Notes: a model not told the origin generated them from the sequence alone. A stretch of DNA of 64,000 nt from Batkoa obscura (GCA_030770535.1 JASVEC010000010.1:744001-808000); one strand, 5' to 3'. Positions 14,674-28,453 are shown, counted from the stretch's first letter. Translations and numbers: made by a program.

Positions 14674-15296
14674 AAATGCTAACTTGAAACTTAAAATACA
14701 TTTTTGGCGAATTAATTCTATTTGGTAAAGTTACTTGTTATTTTCTATCTACTTTAAAGGCTCCACGTAACTTCAAGGGGTAATATAAAATAAACTTTTA
14801 CTGTAAGATGATTAAAACGATGAGATGATTTATGTAACAGCCAGTTTATTTACTTATCAATATAGTAAGTTTAATATGAAGATTGGAGAAAAAGATCCCG
14901 TTTATTGTTTCGGAGGGAGCACATAGTAACTCAAACCATAAAAATCGAAGTATCTATAAAAGTAAAAATTTTAAAATTTTGAATATTTTAAGCAAATAAA
15001 TACTTTAATAGATTTAATATAAACTTTGTTTGTAGACTATTTCAAGACTATTTTGATAAGATTGAGAATTTTTTAGTCTAAATATCTAGGATATTATTTT
15101 CTTAGCTTATTTTGCTTTTTGGGATACTTTGAGATTTAATTAAGTAATACCAATTGTATAACAGATAAGGGAGCTATTGTTCTTTTAATAAAATTATAAG
15201 AACTTTGATAAGGATCTATTACATCTATTTATAATTTCAAAATACACAATATAAATAACAAAAAGTGTAGAAATAAATCGCTAGATTCTTTTTTTA

Positions 15297-16692
15297 ATGT
15301 TTCTATTACTATTATTATTCAATTTTTTATCATATAGCTCAATAGAACTTTCACCAAGAGCGGATGATGGCGGATGTATAATAATTCAAAATAAGTTATA
15401 TTATTTAGGTGGAATTGTTCAACTTCCAAACTTAAACTATATGAAAAATAACACTGAAGTATTTCACTTAGATTTGGAAAAAGGATTTAAGCTAGTTGAT
15501 AATATTGCACCATGGAAAAGGAAGGATTCAATTAACTCACCAAAAGAAATGGCAAATGTAAAGTTATTCAAAATAGGAAAGGAAAATAAAATAATAGTGA
15601 GTTTTTATACAAACAGTATGGAAAGGTTGTACTTCAATTATTATGATATTAATAAAAATGAATGGAACAATGAATATTGGATCAAAGATTTATTTAATAA
15701 AGATCAAATTAAAATGATAAACAAATATGAATACCAGTTATATCCCTTTATTTCACAAGATGATACAAATCCCAAGCAGTTTTATATAACCGGTAGACTA
15801 TTTCTTGATGGTTTGAAAACAATGTTGCCACTTCGGCTAAGCTCATTTAATATTGAGACAAAAAAGATACAGAAAATATATGATCTTTCTGATAATATTA
15901 CTATTTACCCCCTCCTTGTTTTGAACAAAAACTTTTATTATTCTGAGATAAGTGGAGGTGGAGGCCCTAAAGGTCCCAATAAAGTCGTATTAAACGAGGT
16001 AAATTTGCTATCTTTTAAAGTAAAAGCCTATCCTATGAAGCATTTCATAAATCCATATTCAACCTATTTTGTAAAAAATAGCCATCAGGTTTATTTTGCT
16101 GGATTTTCTTATTCGCCTACAGAAAAAAAAAAATTACAGTCTCTGAATTAAAATTCAACCCATTTTCATTAAAAGAGTATACTCCAAATACAAATAACCT
16201 TGGCTGCTTTGCCTTTTATAAGGACTTTTTAATTAATTCTTTTGGTAAAAGGATTTTAGCGCCTCGAAGTAAACCAGAAGAATCGTCTGATAAGATTCAA
16301 ATATTAAATATAACTAATTGGAAAGAAATAGACGGTTTACTATCTTTAGCCAAGGACAATGAAAATAATAAAAGTGTTAATATTACCAATAAGCAAGCAA
16401 TAGAAACAAAAAATGATGATAATGCTATATTAATAGGTGGTATTATTGGCGGAATTGCAGGGGTTATATTGTTAACAGCAACTACAATATGTATGTTATA
16501 CAATATAAACAAAGAAAAGGAAGAGCACCAAGTATGATTTTAGAGCCTATTGTCAATGAACCAACCAATCCTCTAGATATCAATAGCAACTATAATAGTG
16601 CACTATTTAACCATTATCATGAGGTTGATGATGGCAGTAGTGTAGTTCCCGAAAAATCGTACATTAAAAATAAGAGGGGCGAATGTGATTAA
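15297..16692 (+). pseudogene. Kelch-like type I membrane protein with two frameshifts (pseudogene or assembly errors)
   Basis: Signal peptide, Kelch-like LYYLGG...W blades; frame breaks at the A11 run 16123-16133 and at ~16490; GGIIGGIAGVILL TM segment lies in the intervening frame. Confidence 0.65.
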
Positions 16693-16787
16693 TGAAGCGA
16701 AAAAAATTAGGTTAAATTTGACTATATTGACATCAAAAAAGCAGCATCATATAAATATGTCAATATTTCATAAAGATTTGAATATAT

Positions 16788-16882
16788 GAGGATGTATTTT
16801 GTTTAAGAATTTTATTGATAATTTTTCTACTTAAATAGCGCTTAAAAAATAAAAAAGTAATGAAATCAAAAAAAATATCCCC
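16788..16882 (+). mobile_element. MITE copy
   Basis: Family consensus. Confidence 0.8.
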
Positions 16883-17888
16883 GTATATTTCCTTATTAAA
16901 CATTTGTGATTGTCTTTTTCCTTTCATTTATTTTACATATATATAGCTCAAAATTTATCATAGATTCTATTAATACTAAATAACGCTTAGATAAATAAAT
17001 TGTAGACAATTTAAAAGCCAAATAGACCAACCAAAACATTACAAATTTTACAAAGTTTAAATAAATATTCTGCTTTTCTATACACAAATAGGAACTTTTT
17101 TTAAAATTGGGTAGACAGTTATGAAAAATAAAAAATAAGTCTATGAAAAAGATATAGATCAAAGATGCAATATGTCATCTTTTTTCAAAGTGAGCACTTT
17201 GTAAAAATATGAACCAAGTACCTTTCAAGTTTTTACTAAAAGTCAAGTCACATGCAGTAGTAATGTTTTTTAAAGCCTATAACAAAGTTGATATACTGTT
17301 AATAGCTTCGAAGCTATAGTTAATAAAATAGCTTTTTTAAATGACAACTAATTTAACAAGTTTTAATATTACTATTATTAGCAGAGATAAATAAACAGCT
17401 TACTATTGGTTGAAAGAAAAGAAAAGCTTAAGTTTATTGGCTATTAATGTGAAATTGCATGTCTCACTAGCTACACTGTTACGTAAGAATGAATACTAAG
17501 CTGCTCCAAGTATAAAAGAAATAGCAAAGAGTCACTTCAACTAAATTAAACTTTAATTATGAAGAAATGGTTTGATTTCCCAAAGTTAGACTTTGGATTA
17601 AGTCCAGAGGCAAGTATTTCATTACCGTATTGATAGTAGTCTCATGATTTTAGTATATTGCACAAACAAGACAATATGTAAGTAGGTCGTATTCTGCCGC
17701 TATTATTGTATCTGGAATTGGAATAGGGCTAGGTAAATTATTATATGATATCAAAATAGTAAACTTTTCAATAAAACTAAAAATGATTAGGTTTATTACT
17801 CCATAAATATTCTAATCCAGGAGAAATTAAAGAAAAAGAAAAAGAAAAAGAGAAAGAAATAAAATAAGGGAAACAAGATTTTGTTTTA

Positions 17889-18500
17889 TTACTTATATAG
17901 TTTGAATTCGGCTGGTAAGTTTTGTTCTGAAAACGATATTTGATCACATAAAAAAATTCTTCTTATACAACAGTTAGGATTTAAAGTTATTTGAATCACT
18001 TCCTTGAAATTAGTAATGTAGTATTTTCTAATTAAAGATCGAAGATCTAATACAACTTGGTTCCAACTTGGTTCTAAATCTAATTTTAAACATAATATTT
18101 CTGGGGTAACCCTTTTTTCTAGCTTAATAAATAAAGATACTTAATTGAATTAGTTAATAGATAACAATATTCTTACTTGAAACGTTGACACTCTTATTCT
18201 TCGTATTCTATTTTTATCATCTAAAGCTTTCACTTCCATACTAAACTCTTTGTTTAAATTTTTTAAAATAATAACTAAGTGTGGTAAAGATAAACCTAAG
18301 CCATTAGTAAAGTTAGCAGGACATTTCAAATGCACTTTTGATAAATCATTCGCAATCAGTTGATGTACTTTAGCATCAATTTCAGTATCGTGTATTAGAC
18401 TCAATTCGTAGTCTTTTGAATCGGTAGCCATTAATTGCCATAATTCTAGAGGTTTGGAACTAAATAATTTAATAACTTGTTTATTATAGCTTGTTCTCAT
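17889..18500 (-). CDS. CFAP20: CFAP20/BUG22 (DUF667) family protein, 2 exons
   Basis: SKPLELW, LGLSLPHLVIILKNL, LDDKNRIRRIRVSTFQ; exon 2 WNQVVLDL...NCCIRRIF...LPAEFKLY matches CFAP20 motifs. Confidence 0.88.
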
Positions 18501-19037
18501 TTACCCTTCAGTAAAATATAATGTCAATGGACTATACTAAAATCGTTTAATTTAGATTTTGTACTATTTTTTTAGAATTTACATTTTCACATTGTCGAAA
18601 CATTTTGAGGTTTAAAAGTTGAATAAAAATGTTAATTTTTTTGAAGTTTGATGGATGAAATGCCAAACAAACATAATTTGAAATTTATTGAATTGTTTTA
18701 CATAGTTGACAAATATAAAATATAAATTGACGGTTAAAATAAAAATATTTTTAATATATAAAAAAAGGGGGGAAAGAAGAGATAAGATAAAATGAGGGGC
18801 TAAGTTGAAAGAGAATTGGGCTGTCTAAAGTTGGGATGTGTACTACACTTACAATGCTTACTAGTAAAAACAAAACATGAAATTAAAATGGAATTCTTAT
18901 TATCAGATAATACAATAATTTTAACATTAAAATAATAATATTAATACGAATAATAATAAATTTATGAAATAAAAGGTGAGATTTAATGTTTACAATGGTG
19001 GAGTATAAACGAATAATAATACAATATTTTAGATACT

Positions 19038-20099
19038 TTAATAATAATACCCTGATAAGTTATTATTATTATTATTATTATATTGTATATTCTCATTAAT
19101 TCCTGAACTCATATTTAAAACTGACACATCAAATGAACCATTCCTATATGGTTGAAAATTATTTAAGCCATAATAACTATTAAATATTGGATTATTAACT
19201 TGATGAGGTGTAAATGATTCGTTTAACATGGCAGTGTTATTAGTCGCAGGCATATAATAATTGGAATCTATCATCATGGTATTCTTTAATTGAGATTCCA
19301 ATGGAAAAGAATTACGACGGAAATATTGTTCATCACTTTCCTCAGTAAACACATTTGGAAACCCTGCTGAAAGAGGGGTGAGACATAGAGGGGTAGTAAT
19401 GAATCCATTTAAAGGATTATTAGTGTTATCATTAGTACTGTTACTTGATAACAGGGAACTGCTTTGCATGTTCATCATTGTATTATTGGTCATCATAGTA
19501 GTAAACATGGACATATCATGGGTACTATTGCTATTGCTTATGTTTGATTGCAACAAATTTAATGGAGCAGGACAACGTTTATTCAACCTTTCTTTATTAT
19601 CATTTATGGTAACATGGTCGACCTTTTCATTGTTATCTTGAATATCATTTGATGTACTTGGATGGTTATCTTCTTCGGTTTCATTTTCATTTGAATGAAA
19701 TTCATGATCAAAGGTCGTAGTTTCTTCTTTAATTCCATTATCAGTCTCTTGTGTAGCATTAGTGTTACTTTTTGAGTTATTTTTAAGCTTATCTTTTGCT
19801 CTCTTATTTTGGAACCAAATCTGCACGGAACGTGGAGTCATGTTAAGCTTGTTAGCTAGGAATTTACGTAGATTTAAATTGGGTTTGCTTGTTTCTTGAT
19901 ATGTTTTTTCCAATAATTTAAGTTGGCCACGGGATATCTTCTTCCTTTGTTTGACTTCGTTCAAAGGGAATAGAGTGTTGTACATAAGTGGATCATTTTT
20001 AAAGTTAGGTGGCATTGCGTTTGGATAGTAAGGTGAGATCATACCATTGGATTGTATCAACTCATAGCTTGAATTTGGGTTGAAATAAGAATAATTCAT
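19038..20099 (-). CDS. Homeodomain transcription factor
   Basis: QLKLLEKTY...LANKLNMTPRSVQIWFQNKRAK followed by Asn-rich low-complexity tail. Confidence 0.92.
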   Translation of the reverse strand: MNYSYFNPNSSYELIQSNGMISPYYPNAMPPNFKNDPLMYNTLFPLNEVKQRKKISRGQLKLLEKTYQETSKPNLNLRKFLANKLNMTPRSVQIWFQNKRAKDKLKNNSKSNTNATQETDNGIKEETTTFDHEFHSNENETEEDNHPSTSNDIQDNNEKVDHVTINDNKERLNKRCPAPLNLLQSNISNSNSTHDMSMFTTMMTNNTMMNMQSSSLLSSNSTNDNTNNPLNGFITTPLCLTPLSAGFPNVFTEESDEQYFRRNSFPLESQLKNTMMIDSNYYMPATNNTAMLNESFTPHQVNNPIFNSYYGLNNFQPYRNGSFDVSVLNMSSGINENIQYNNNNNNNLSGYYY

Positions 20100-21942
20100 G
20101 ATTTAAATAAAACAAAAAAGGTAAAGAAAAACAAGAGGAAGTATGTAATTTATTATATTAATAATTGGAAACTATTCAATTATAACGTTGATGTACAATG
20201 GAAAATGAGTTCAAACTAGATGATTTGGTGATAAATTGATTGTTTAGTCTTTTGATTGTTATCAATAGTTTACAGTTAGAATATCAACTAAATTTAGCTA
20301 TTTTATAGATTATATACTATAGAATATAACTAACCTTGAAATAAAGAAAAAAGTAAAGTTCAATTTATTCAGTTATTAGTTCAAGTTTATTTTTAAACCA
20401 ACTGTTACAGGTAATAAATTTTAAAACGTAGTATATTCCAAATCTAAGTTGATGGTGGGTCTAAAATTCTTTGATGTTAAATTTCCTATAGGAAATATAA
20501 TGAGAATTTATTTACTCCAGGTAAAATCCCAGCTTTTTTAAAACCAAAAAAAGTAGTCCCTTAAAAATTATTGGCTCTTAGTTCGTCTCCCTTTTTTTAC
20601 TTCCTATAACACAAAGGGAATCTTGTTGATAAATTTTATTTAACCCCTAAAATTAATTTTAATATGAAGATTATTAATCAATAGTACATATTGTTTTATA
20701 ATAACAATTAAATTGTTAGTACTAAATTTATTATTATGCCTTAAATAAACAACTTTTATTTCTCATTATTGTTAATAACTTTTATTATTACTTATTGATA
20801 TTATTTATTAAAACTAAATGATAATTTTGTACATTTATAATTTTATTTACCCAACCTAAAAATCTAGAAGTGTGAGATCATTTTAGTAACTGATTTTGAT
20901 TGGAGGTTGGGTATATAATTGGTAGTTTTATAATTTGCTCATCAATATAAAAATCAATAAAAATAAAAAGTGATTGTGGATTAATCATAACGCAATAGTA
21001 ATGCTTCATTTAACTGATTGCTTTTTACAAATAGTAAGCTCTTATTAATTTATCTTTAACGTTACTTTCCTCCTGTGCATTTTTTATATTGAATTGAGCT
21101 AGACTTTCAATTTATTTTGTAGCTTTTTTTCACATTGGGGTTTTTTAAACTAAAAAGTATGAACTCGAGTTGATATCTTAATTTAAACTGGATTACTGTA
21201 TTTTTAATTAATCTTTTTAATAGTTAAATTAAAATTAGTAAATCTCACTTTATATGAAATAAAATAATGACAATAACAAAAGCAAATATTATCTAATTAG
21301 GCTCATTTCCTTTACATTTTCTTTACATTTGCTTTCAAGATAATGATACTAAAAGTTCAAAATTAGTTTTAAGGTGTTTTATTTGATAGTATAATTGCTA
21401 AAGTTCAATTGTATAAGTAGCTAACTGTTCATTTTAAAATAAAAAACTAAGAGTTGAACTACAAGTTATTACAATAATCCAAATTATTAGTTATAAAAAT
21501 TATTATTATCCACTGTGCAATTGAACCTTAAGAGTTATAATCTAGCTCAACTAAAATAAAAATTTTAGTTTACAAAGATGCTTATAAAACTAAGTTTTTG
21601 ATCTCAAATTTCAAACAATTTGGGCTGGAGAATTCATTATTAATTTTGTTATTTTGATTTATTAAATAAATTTTATTTAAATCTGAACTATTTTGCTCTG
21701 ATTTTTATAATCAATTTTCTAATTATTGATTACTTTTTGTGTAAAAAATATTTTAGCTTGGATTTTGCTCAAAGTTTTGTTTTTTAACTCTTTGAGCATT
21801 GAGGATTTCAAGAAAAATGATTGATTAGATTAGTATTTTTGATCTATCTTTTGATTATTGAAAAATAATTTTTGCTTAGCTAGAACTAATTTGTTAAGTA
21901 GCGTTTATGGTTTTATTTACTCTACAAAAACTTGAAGAATAT

Positions 21943-22040
21943 GGGGATGTATTTTTATGTTTAACAATTTTGCTGATAAAATTTCCGCTCGAATAGTGCT
22001 TAAAGGATCGAAAAAGTAATGAAGCCAAAAAAACATCCCC
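21943..22040 (+). mobile_element. MITE copy
   Basis: ATAT|GGGGATGT...ACATCCCC|ATAT. Confidence 0.85.
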
Positions 22041-23069
22041 ATATAACTTGTCCGTGGTATCTAAGTGGTAAAATAGGCAACTAAACAGTTCAATTTTAAA
22101 CCGAAGTCAACATAACATCGTAAGAATATAGAAAAGTTAGAACAACAATAATCATTTATAATATTAAAATGTTTAAAACTATAGATGTTTAAATTAAAAA
22201 TCTTTATCATAATTCAAGTGGGTATCTTATTATTTTAATAATTTATAAGAATTAAATTATAAATTAAAAACATTGAAGGTTTAAATATAATGTTAATTTG
22301 GTTCATACTACAACAATGAAACTAAGTCAAGGAGTTACATCCTAGGTCTTCTCTAAATTCTTATCAAACTACCTTGTCAATTCAAAGGTTTAAAATCGGC
22401 ATTCAGTATCAACAACAATTTATATTAAGTTATCTTGAGTTAGATAAGTGACAAAGAAGCGAGAAAGGATGAGTTCAAAAATAAGTCAATACTAAAGTCA
22501 TTTAACGAATTCAATCAATTTAGAAAAACATCACCTAAATTGACTTATGATTTCATTTAACTAAATAATGTTCATTGACCTGTTGAAATTTAAGGTAAGA
22601 CAGAATATAGTGCAATGGTAAATGCTCAAATAGCAAAGGCAAATTCTTAAAATAAGATAGAAATTGAAAGTACCTTTTTATATATGAATTAAAAAAACTA
22701 GGCTAAATGACCTAAATTAATGATGGGTTTGATTGATTTTTTTTGCACAGTTTGAAAATGGGATGTCCTAGCTAAAATATAATCAAAAAATTGCTAGCAC
22801 TCTAAATTTGATTTTAAAAACAATAAATTTGAATTTTTACTAATTTTGAAAAAAACAAAACAACGATAGTTACTTAGTATATTATTAAATTAGCTATTGG
22901 TATGATTGAGTTTATATAAATATTAATAATGTATAATTTGATATTGTCTACATTTAATAAAAACATCATTAATTTAAAGCTTAATATAATATTTAAATTA
23001 TGAAACAGTGCCTTCAATAAGCATTTGATATTACAAGACAAAAAAGCTTTGAATCAAATTTCAGGATAT

Positions 23070-23164
23070 AGGGATGTATCTTTGTATTTGAGAATTTTAC
23101 AATCTTTCTGCTCAAATAGCACTTAAAAAATAGAAAAAGTAATGAAACCAAAAAAAACACCCCC
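23070..23164 (+). mobile_element. MITE copy
   Basis: Family consensus. Confidence 0.8.
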
Positions 23165-23510
23165 ATATAAAGCCAACACTTTTTTAATTTTTAAATACTG
23201 TTTATTTAATATTTTAATAATAAAATAGTTAAATTCTAAGTGTTAAAAATAATGATATTAATTGTTTTTATTGAAAATTAGAAAAATGTTAAAACGTTTA
23301 GTATAGTTTATAAATAATAATAAAACTATGTAACAATCTTTCAAAAAACTAGTAAACAAAATGGTTAATAGAATGACCAAAGCTTTAAATATAAAGTAAA
23401 TGATCTAATAGCCAGTTTATTAAAAAATAATAAAAAATTTAATAAAAGATTTTATACAAAGCTTGTGAATTAAGGCTAATTTTTTTTACACAATAACAAT
23501 AATATTAAAA

Positions 23511-23567
23511 ATATAAATATAAATATAAATATATAAATATAAATATAAATATAAATATAAATATAAA
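23511..23567. repeat. (ATATAA)n microsatellite
   Basis: About 9 perfect hexamer units. Confidence 0.9.
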
Positions 23568-23792
23568 CAAATAAAATATAAATATTTGTTAAAAAAGAGA
23601 CATTGGGTAAACATAAACAAATCAAAGGAGAAAAGAAGCAATTCAGTTTGATCAATATACCAACTGAGATTATTAATAATTTTACACTTATAATAAATAG
23701 TTTTTTTACTACTTAGGTGCAAGGATTTTTGAATTTCATGTCAAAGATAGTACAATGAAATGGAAAATGTCGGCCCTTATGGTATCAAGAGA

Positions 23793-24256
23793 TGTGAAAT
23801 CTGGTACTCAGGGTTTGGAGTCAAGAACAGCTATTGCTGGGTTGACTACGCTATAAGTCGAAAGGTCTTAGTTTATGTGACTAAGATAGACCTGGATTAT
23901 GAGGAATAGCACGTAATAGGTTACAAGCTATATAAGACAAATAGAATAGACAATACTAATATAAAATCTACGTAAAATACTATTAAGAAAACTTGGTAGC
24001 TTTATTAAATGTTGGAGATATCAGGGAATAATTCAGTTAAAAAGCCTCGAACTACTATACTCTGTAAACTCTTTTATACTCTGAAAATTATAAATATCAA
24101 AATGAGAAGATAATATTCTTTGGAATGGAGCTAGAAATTCTCACAGCAAATCAAACTAAGAACGTGGGATTGATTTTCTCTGAACTCAAGAACACAACAG
24201 CTTAGGCGATTGTTATGCTATAATTAATCATGGGACTGACAAAGCGATATTTCACA
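23793..24256 (-). mobile_element. Solo-LTR-like element, copy 3 (diverged)
   Basis: TGTGAAAT...ATTTCACA 8-bp terminal inverted repeat; GAGA direct repeat on both flanks. Confidence 0.8.
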
Positions 24257-25354
24257 GAGAGATCTTAAATATGAATTATTGTCTTTGCTTCGAAAAGTCA
24301 CAAAAAGTTACAAAAAGCTAGTGATACTAGGCTATTAGTGATATTATACTAAAGCTTGTTGATTAAATCAATTAACCTAAAAATAAAGAACAGGTAGGTA
24401 ATTTCAATGTTATCCTTTATATACGTTATAGATAACTACAAATAAAGGTGGATTTATATGATATATTTTGTTAATGTATTATAATGGCCTAATGGCCTAA
24501 TGGCTTAACGTCAAATCAACAAGATACACTCTTAACATAATGACTTTAAAAATGGTATAAATTGTATAATTCAATTTTGAAATTTAATATGGACTCGCTT
24601 CTGTAGATTAAATCAAGTAATGAATTATTTAATTTAAATATCTGATCTGTTCCAAAGGTGCTTTGCTATATTATAAATTTGCTTTATTACTAAAACATAT
24701 CATATCATGTTATACTATCCTTATTATTCTACTTATTTGTATTTGATAGAATTCGAATGAATAACTTTGAGGCTAATCGGATTAGTTTGAACACAACTAT
24801 CATTTTTATCAAAATAAATTGCAATAAGTTTAAAATAAATTATTAGATTTTACTATGTTTGATTTTTATTATCTTTCTTTTACAAAAAAACTCTTTAGTT
24901 GATAACATAATACATCATCTAGCTGTATCAAATATTTCTAAAATCTAATTCTATACTAATTTTATACTAATTTTATACTATAACATATTATGATTATTAA
25001 CTTACTTTATTTTTAGCAATCAGTTGGATTACCTTGTTTATTGAAGTATTTCCTTCTAATATATAAATTTTGAGACCTGAATAAACTTAATAATCAAAGC
25101 ATGCGTAATTTCAGATAAAACACCATCCAATAGTAAGATTTTTAAAACATCCAACCTAAGGTAAATGAATTAAATAACAAAACGTAACAAGACTCACACT
25201 TATTCTTGTCCAACTAATACAAAATCAAACAAATTGCACTAACTTCTATGTTACTCTCCTCTTCATAAACAGCCCAAAGTTTATTAACAGTTCCATTGTT
25301 TCATTATATCCTGTGCTAAAATCCCAGATTTATTAAAAATGTCAAACACCATAT

Positions 25355-25449
25355 GGGAATATATTTTTTCATTTAAGGATTTTATTAATAATCTTTCCAC
25401 TCAAATAACGCTTAAAAAATGAAAAAGTAATGAAATAAAAAAAACTTAT
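25355..25449 (+). mobile_element. Degenerate MITE copy
   Basis: TTTCCACTCAAATAACGCTTAAAAAATG core. Confidence 0.7.
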
Positions 25450-26387
25450 ATTATATATATAATAGACTATGTATCCATGAATTATTGAGCTTCCCACGTC
25501 TCCTGACCAAGCCCTAATAGATACTTTAGTAACAAACAGATATATTGCTATAAATACAATGAGACAATTGGGCCCAAGCTATAAACAAATTAGCAGTTTA
25601 TTCGAGGAAGTGATCTTCAAACAGCTATGACTTCTGTCAAATTAACCACTTTATAAATTTAAAGAATAGTTACCCAAGTAGTAATAACAGTTGGTTTGAT
25701 ACATAGTAAGTATCCTTTTTGATGCATGATTCATCTTTCATCCCATATAGTCTACTATTTAACTTTATAAAATAACCTGGATCCTTTAAACGAAGATAAG
25801 GTTAAACTTATACAAATGTCATTTGAATGCTTCTTGGTCTTTAAGGTTAAAAATGAAATATTTTATTTTATTTTGTAAGCTTACAAATTTTTAAAGTGCT
25901 TCTGTGACTAAGGTTAATATATAAAATAATCATAAATATATAATCTTATTTCATTTACACAATAAAACATTATGAGTATTTGATCTGAATTTAAATTTCA
26001 ATATGGTTGGATTTTGATTTGGTTCTAGTCAATAATTAAGTTCTATTATATGCCTTATATGTAGTTTCTAAAGGTTTTACAAAACTGCAACACTACATTT
26101 GGTACTAATAGTTCTAATTATTTGACATTCCAATTTTCTTGTTGCTGTAATATATATTAAGTAAGATATTTTATTTTTTGCTTTATTTGATATTATAAAC
26201 TCATTTATTTCATGTATTTAAATATTAAAGCTTTAAATTTTAATAAGATGGTTTTCAAATGATCATGGTGCAGTCACGCTTTATGATATAACAATTTAAG
26301 TTAATACACCAAGAATAAATTTTAAGTGTAGATAATGAGAGAAGTAGCTTAAACATCAGAAAAATACTTTAAATTAGAATAATATAT

Positions 26388-26485
26388 GGGGCTGTTTTTT
26401 TTAGTTTCATTATTTTTCCATTTTTTAAGCACTATTTATGTGGAAAAATTGTCAGTAAAATTCTTAAATACAAAAATACATCCCC
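26388..26485 (-). mobile_element. MITE copy
   Basis: Reverse copy, ATAT flanks. Confidence 0.85.
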
Positions 26486-26559
26486 ATATATACAACATGG
26501 TTCTATCGATTTCTTTAATTTAACTCAAGGTTTAATCAAAATCTACATTTAAAAAATAA

Positions 26560-27960
26560 AAAAATACCACTATATAAAAAATTCCTTTAAAAAATTTAGT
26601 TGCTTTTGAGAAACAATATTTACAAACTGAAAAATCTATTAAAACAGTAGGTAAGAGCTTTATTTTTGATAGGCTTGAGAGCTTCGTTATATGTTAATAA
26701 GTAAATAGCTGTTAACCCAAGTTTCAAGTTTAGAAGACCTTCTAGCTATCAAAGCAGAAGCATTTTAACTATAATTCAAAATAAGCTATTCTCTATCTCA
26801 ATACTGAAATTTAAATTTCGAGTTAAATGCCAAAAAACAAATAACAGAAAAGAATTAAAAGCAAAAGTTAGTGATAGCCAAAAGCCCAATAAAACTAGTG
26901 ATGAGGTTAAATAACGTTCAATAGAGCTAATAGTAAAGCAAGGGAATTCAACTAAAGAAGCGGCGAAGGAATTGTTAGTCAATCCTAAACTTCGCAATAA
27001 CATTATTTACTAAAGGAAAAGGTGTTTGAAAAAGACTTTAAGTTCAGGTGATTTAAAACTAAAAGATAATAAAGTAAAAGAGCTTAGTATCAAACCTAGC
27101 AACAAAATAAATAAGAAGCAAAAAGAGGGTTTATTAGAACTAATGACTGAGTATGGAGTACCTATAAAATATACACCATAAGTCAATATCATCTATAGCC
27201 TTGCTTGTAAGATCATTAATCGAAAAAGAAAACAGCTAACAAAGATTGTAAATTTTAAAATAAAATGTTAAGGCTATCTCTTAAAAATTATTATCGAAGG
27301 ACCTGAAAAAATCAGTAAAGCAGATAAAAAAAACATATTAAACACGATAATCATTAAACAAGAGTCAACCGAAAATACCACTTCTGAGTTGAATATCACA
27401 TAATATTGTAAAAAAGACTGTTTATAAAGGAAAAGGATGTTTAATTGATGGTATAAAAGAAGCAATAATTAAGTTAAAGGAAGGTAGTGATTTGGAATAT
27501 CTTATTAACAAATCTAATGATACACTAAATTATGAAATTGGAATGAGATTACAGGAGTTATTAGCTAAAAGATGGAAATCCATCCAGAATATTACTGATT
27601 GATTGTTTATTAAACATAGCACTGTAACTTATATCTATCATAATATCAAAAGAAATCCGAAACAGACTCAAAGATAGTACAGACTATTGATGTAGGAAAA
27701 CACAACGAAGTTGATGAAATCAATGAAATTAGCAAAAGTGACAAAACTAATGAAATTAATGAAATTAACAAAGGTGATAAAATTGATGTAAAGGATAGGA
27801 AGCTTTAATTGTACTAGCAGATGACTTTGATTGGTTTATAAGAAAAGTGGCGCCAGTTTTAAATCTTGACTATAATAGCGCTTTGGAAGTTTTTATTCAA
27901 CATAGCTGTAGATAGAGATGCGAACATTTAGGCCACATAATGTAAAAGAATGCACAATAA
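26560..27960 (+). pseudogene. Decayed coding remnant, possibly transposon-derived
   Basis: Interrupted frames with HTH-like ELIVKQGNSTKEAAKELLV and a broken Cys/His knuckle-like motif near 27905-27955. Confidence 0.3.
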
Positions 27961-28453
27961 CTACTAAACACAAGCATCTAGTTCAAAATTATTTTATACA
28001 CTAGCTGGTTTTCTTTTATTTAATAAAGCTGCTCTTATTTGAATTACTCATCTTAAAGTTAGTATTAAATTTTTATTAGTATAGTATAATACTTAAAAGA
28101 TTGGAAATCGTAATTTAAACTGTACTTGTTATTTATAAAATAATGAATTTTCAAATTAATAGACTAAATGTTTATTCTTATTTTGAGTTATATTTTTATG
28201 CAGTATAAAATTTAAATAATTATTAAATACTAAAAAAAACCACTCATATATTAAATTATATTATTGAACGAAGTATCAATACTACTTGGTAATTGATATA
28301 ATCTAATGCTTTTTTTTACATTATTATACTTGATTTTTGAGCTAAAATTTACGTTAATAAACTGTTTTTAAAACACAGTTTAAAAATAAAAACAGTTCAA
28401 GGATCTTAATGCAAATTATAGCGTTTATTTATAAACTTTATCAAATTCTGCCA

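Noticed and set aside
16297..16512. Hydrophobic minus-strand ORF
   Set aside because: Antisense to the TM region of the Kelch-like gene.
19378..19641. Hydrophobic 87-aa ORF
   Set aside because: Antisense to the Asn-rich homeobox CDS.
23486..23722. ORF with YL/YI repeats
   Set aside because: Produced by the ATATAA microsatellite.
23780..23787. TGGTATCA, resembling a tRNA-Met primer-binding site beside the LTR-like copy
   Set aside because: Wrong side and orientation relative to the LTR; the GAGA duplication indicates a solo LTR.
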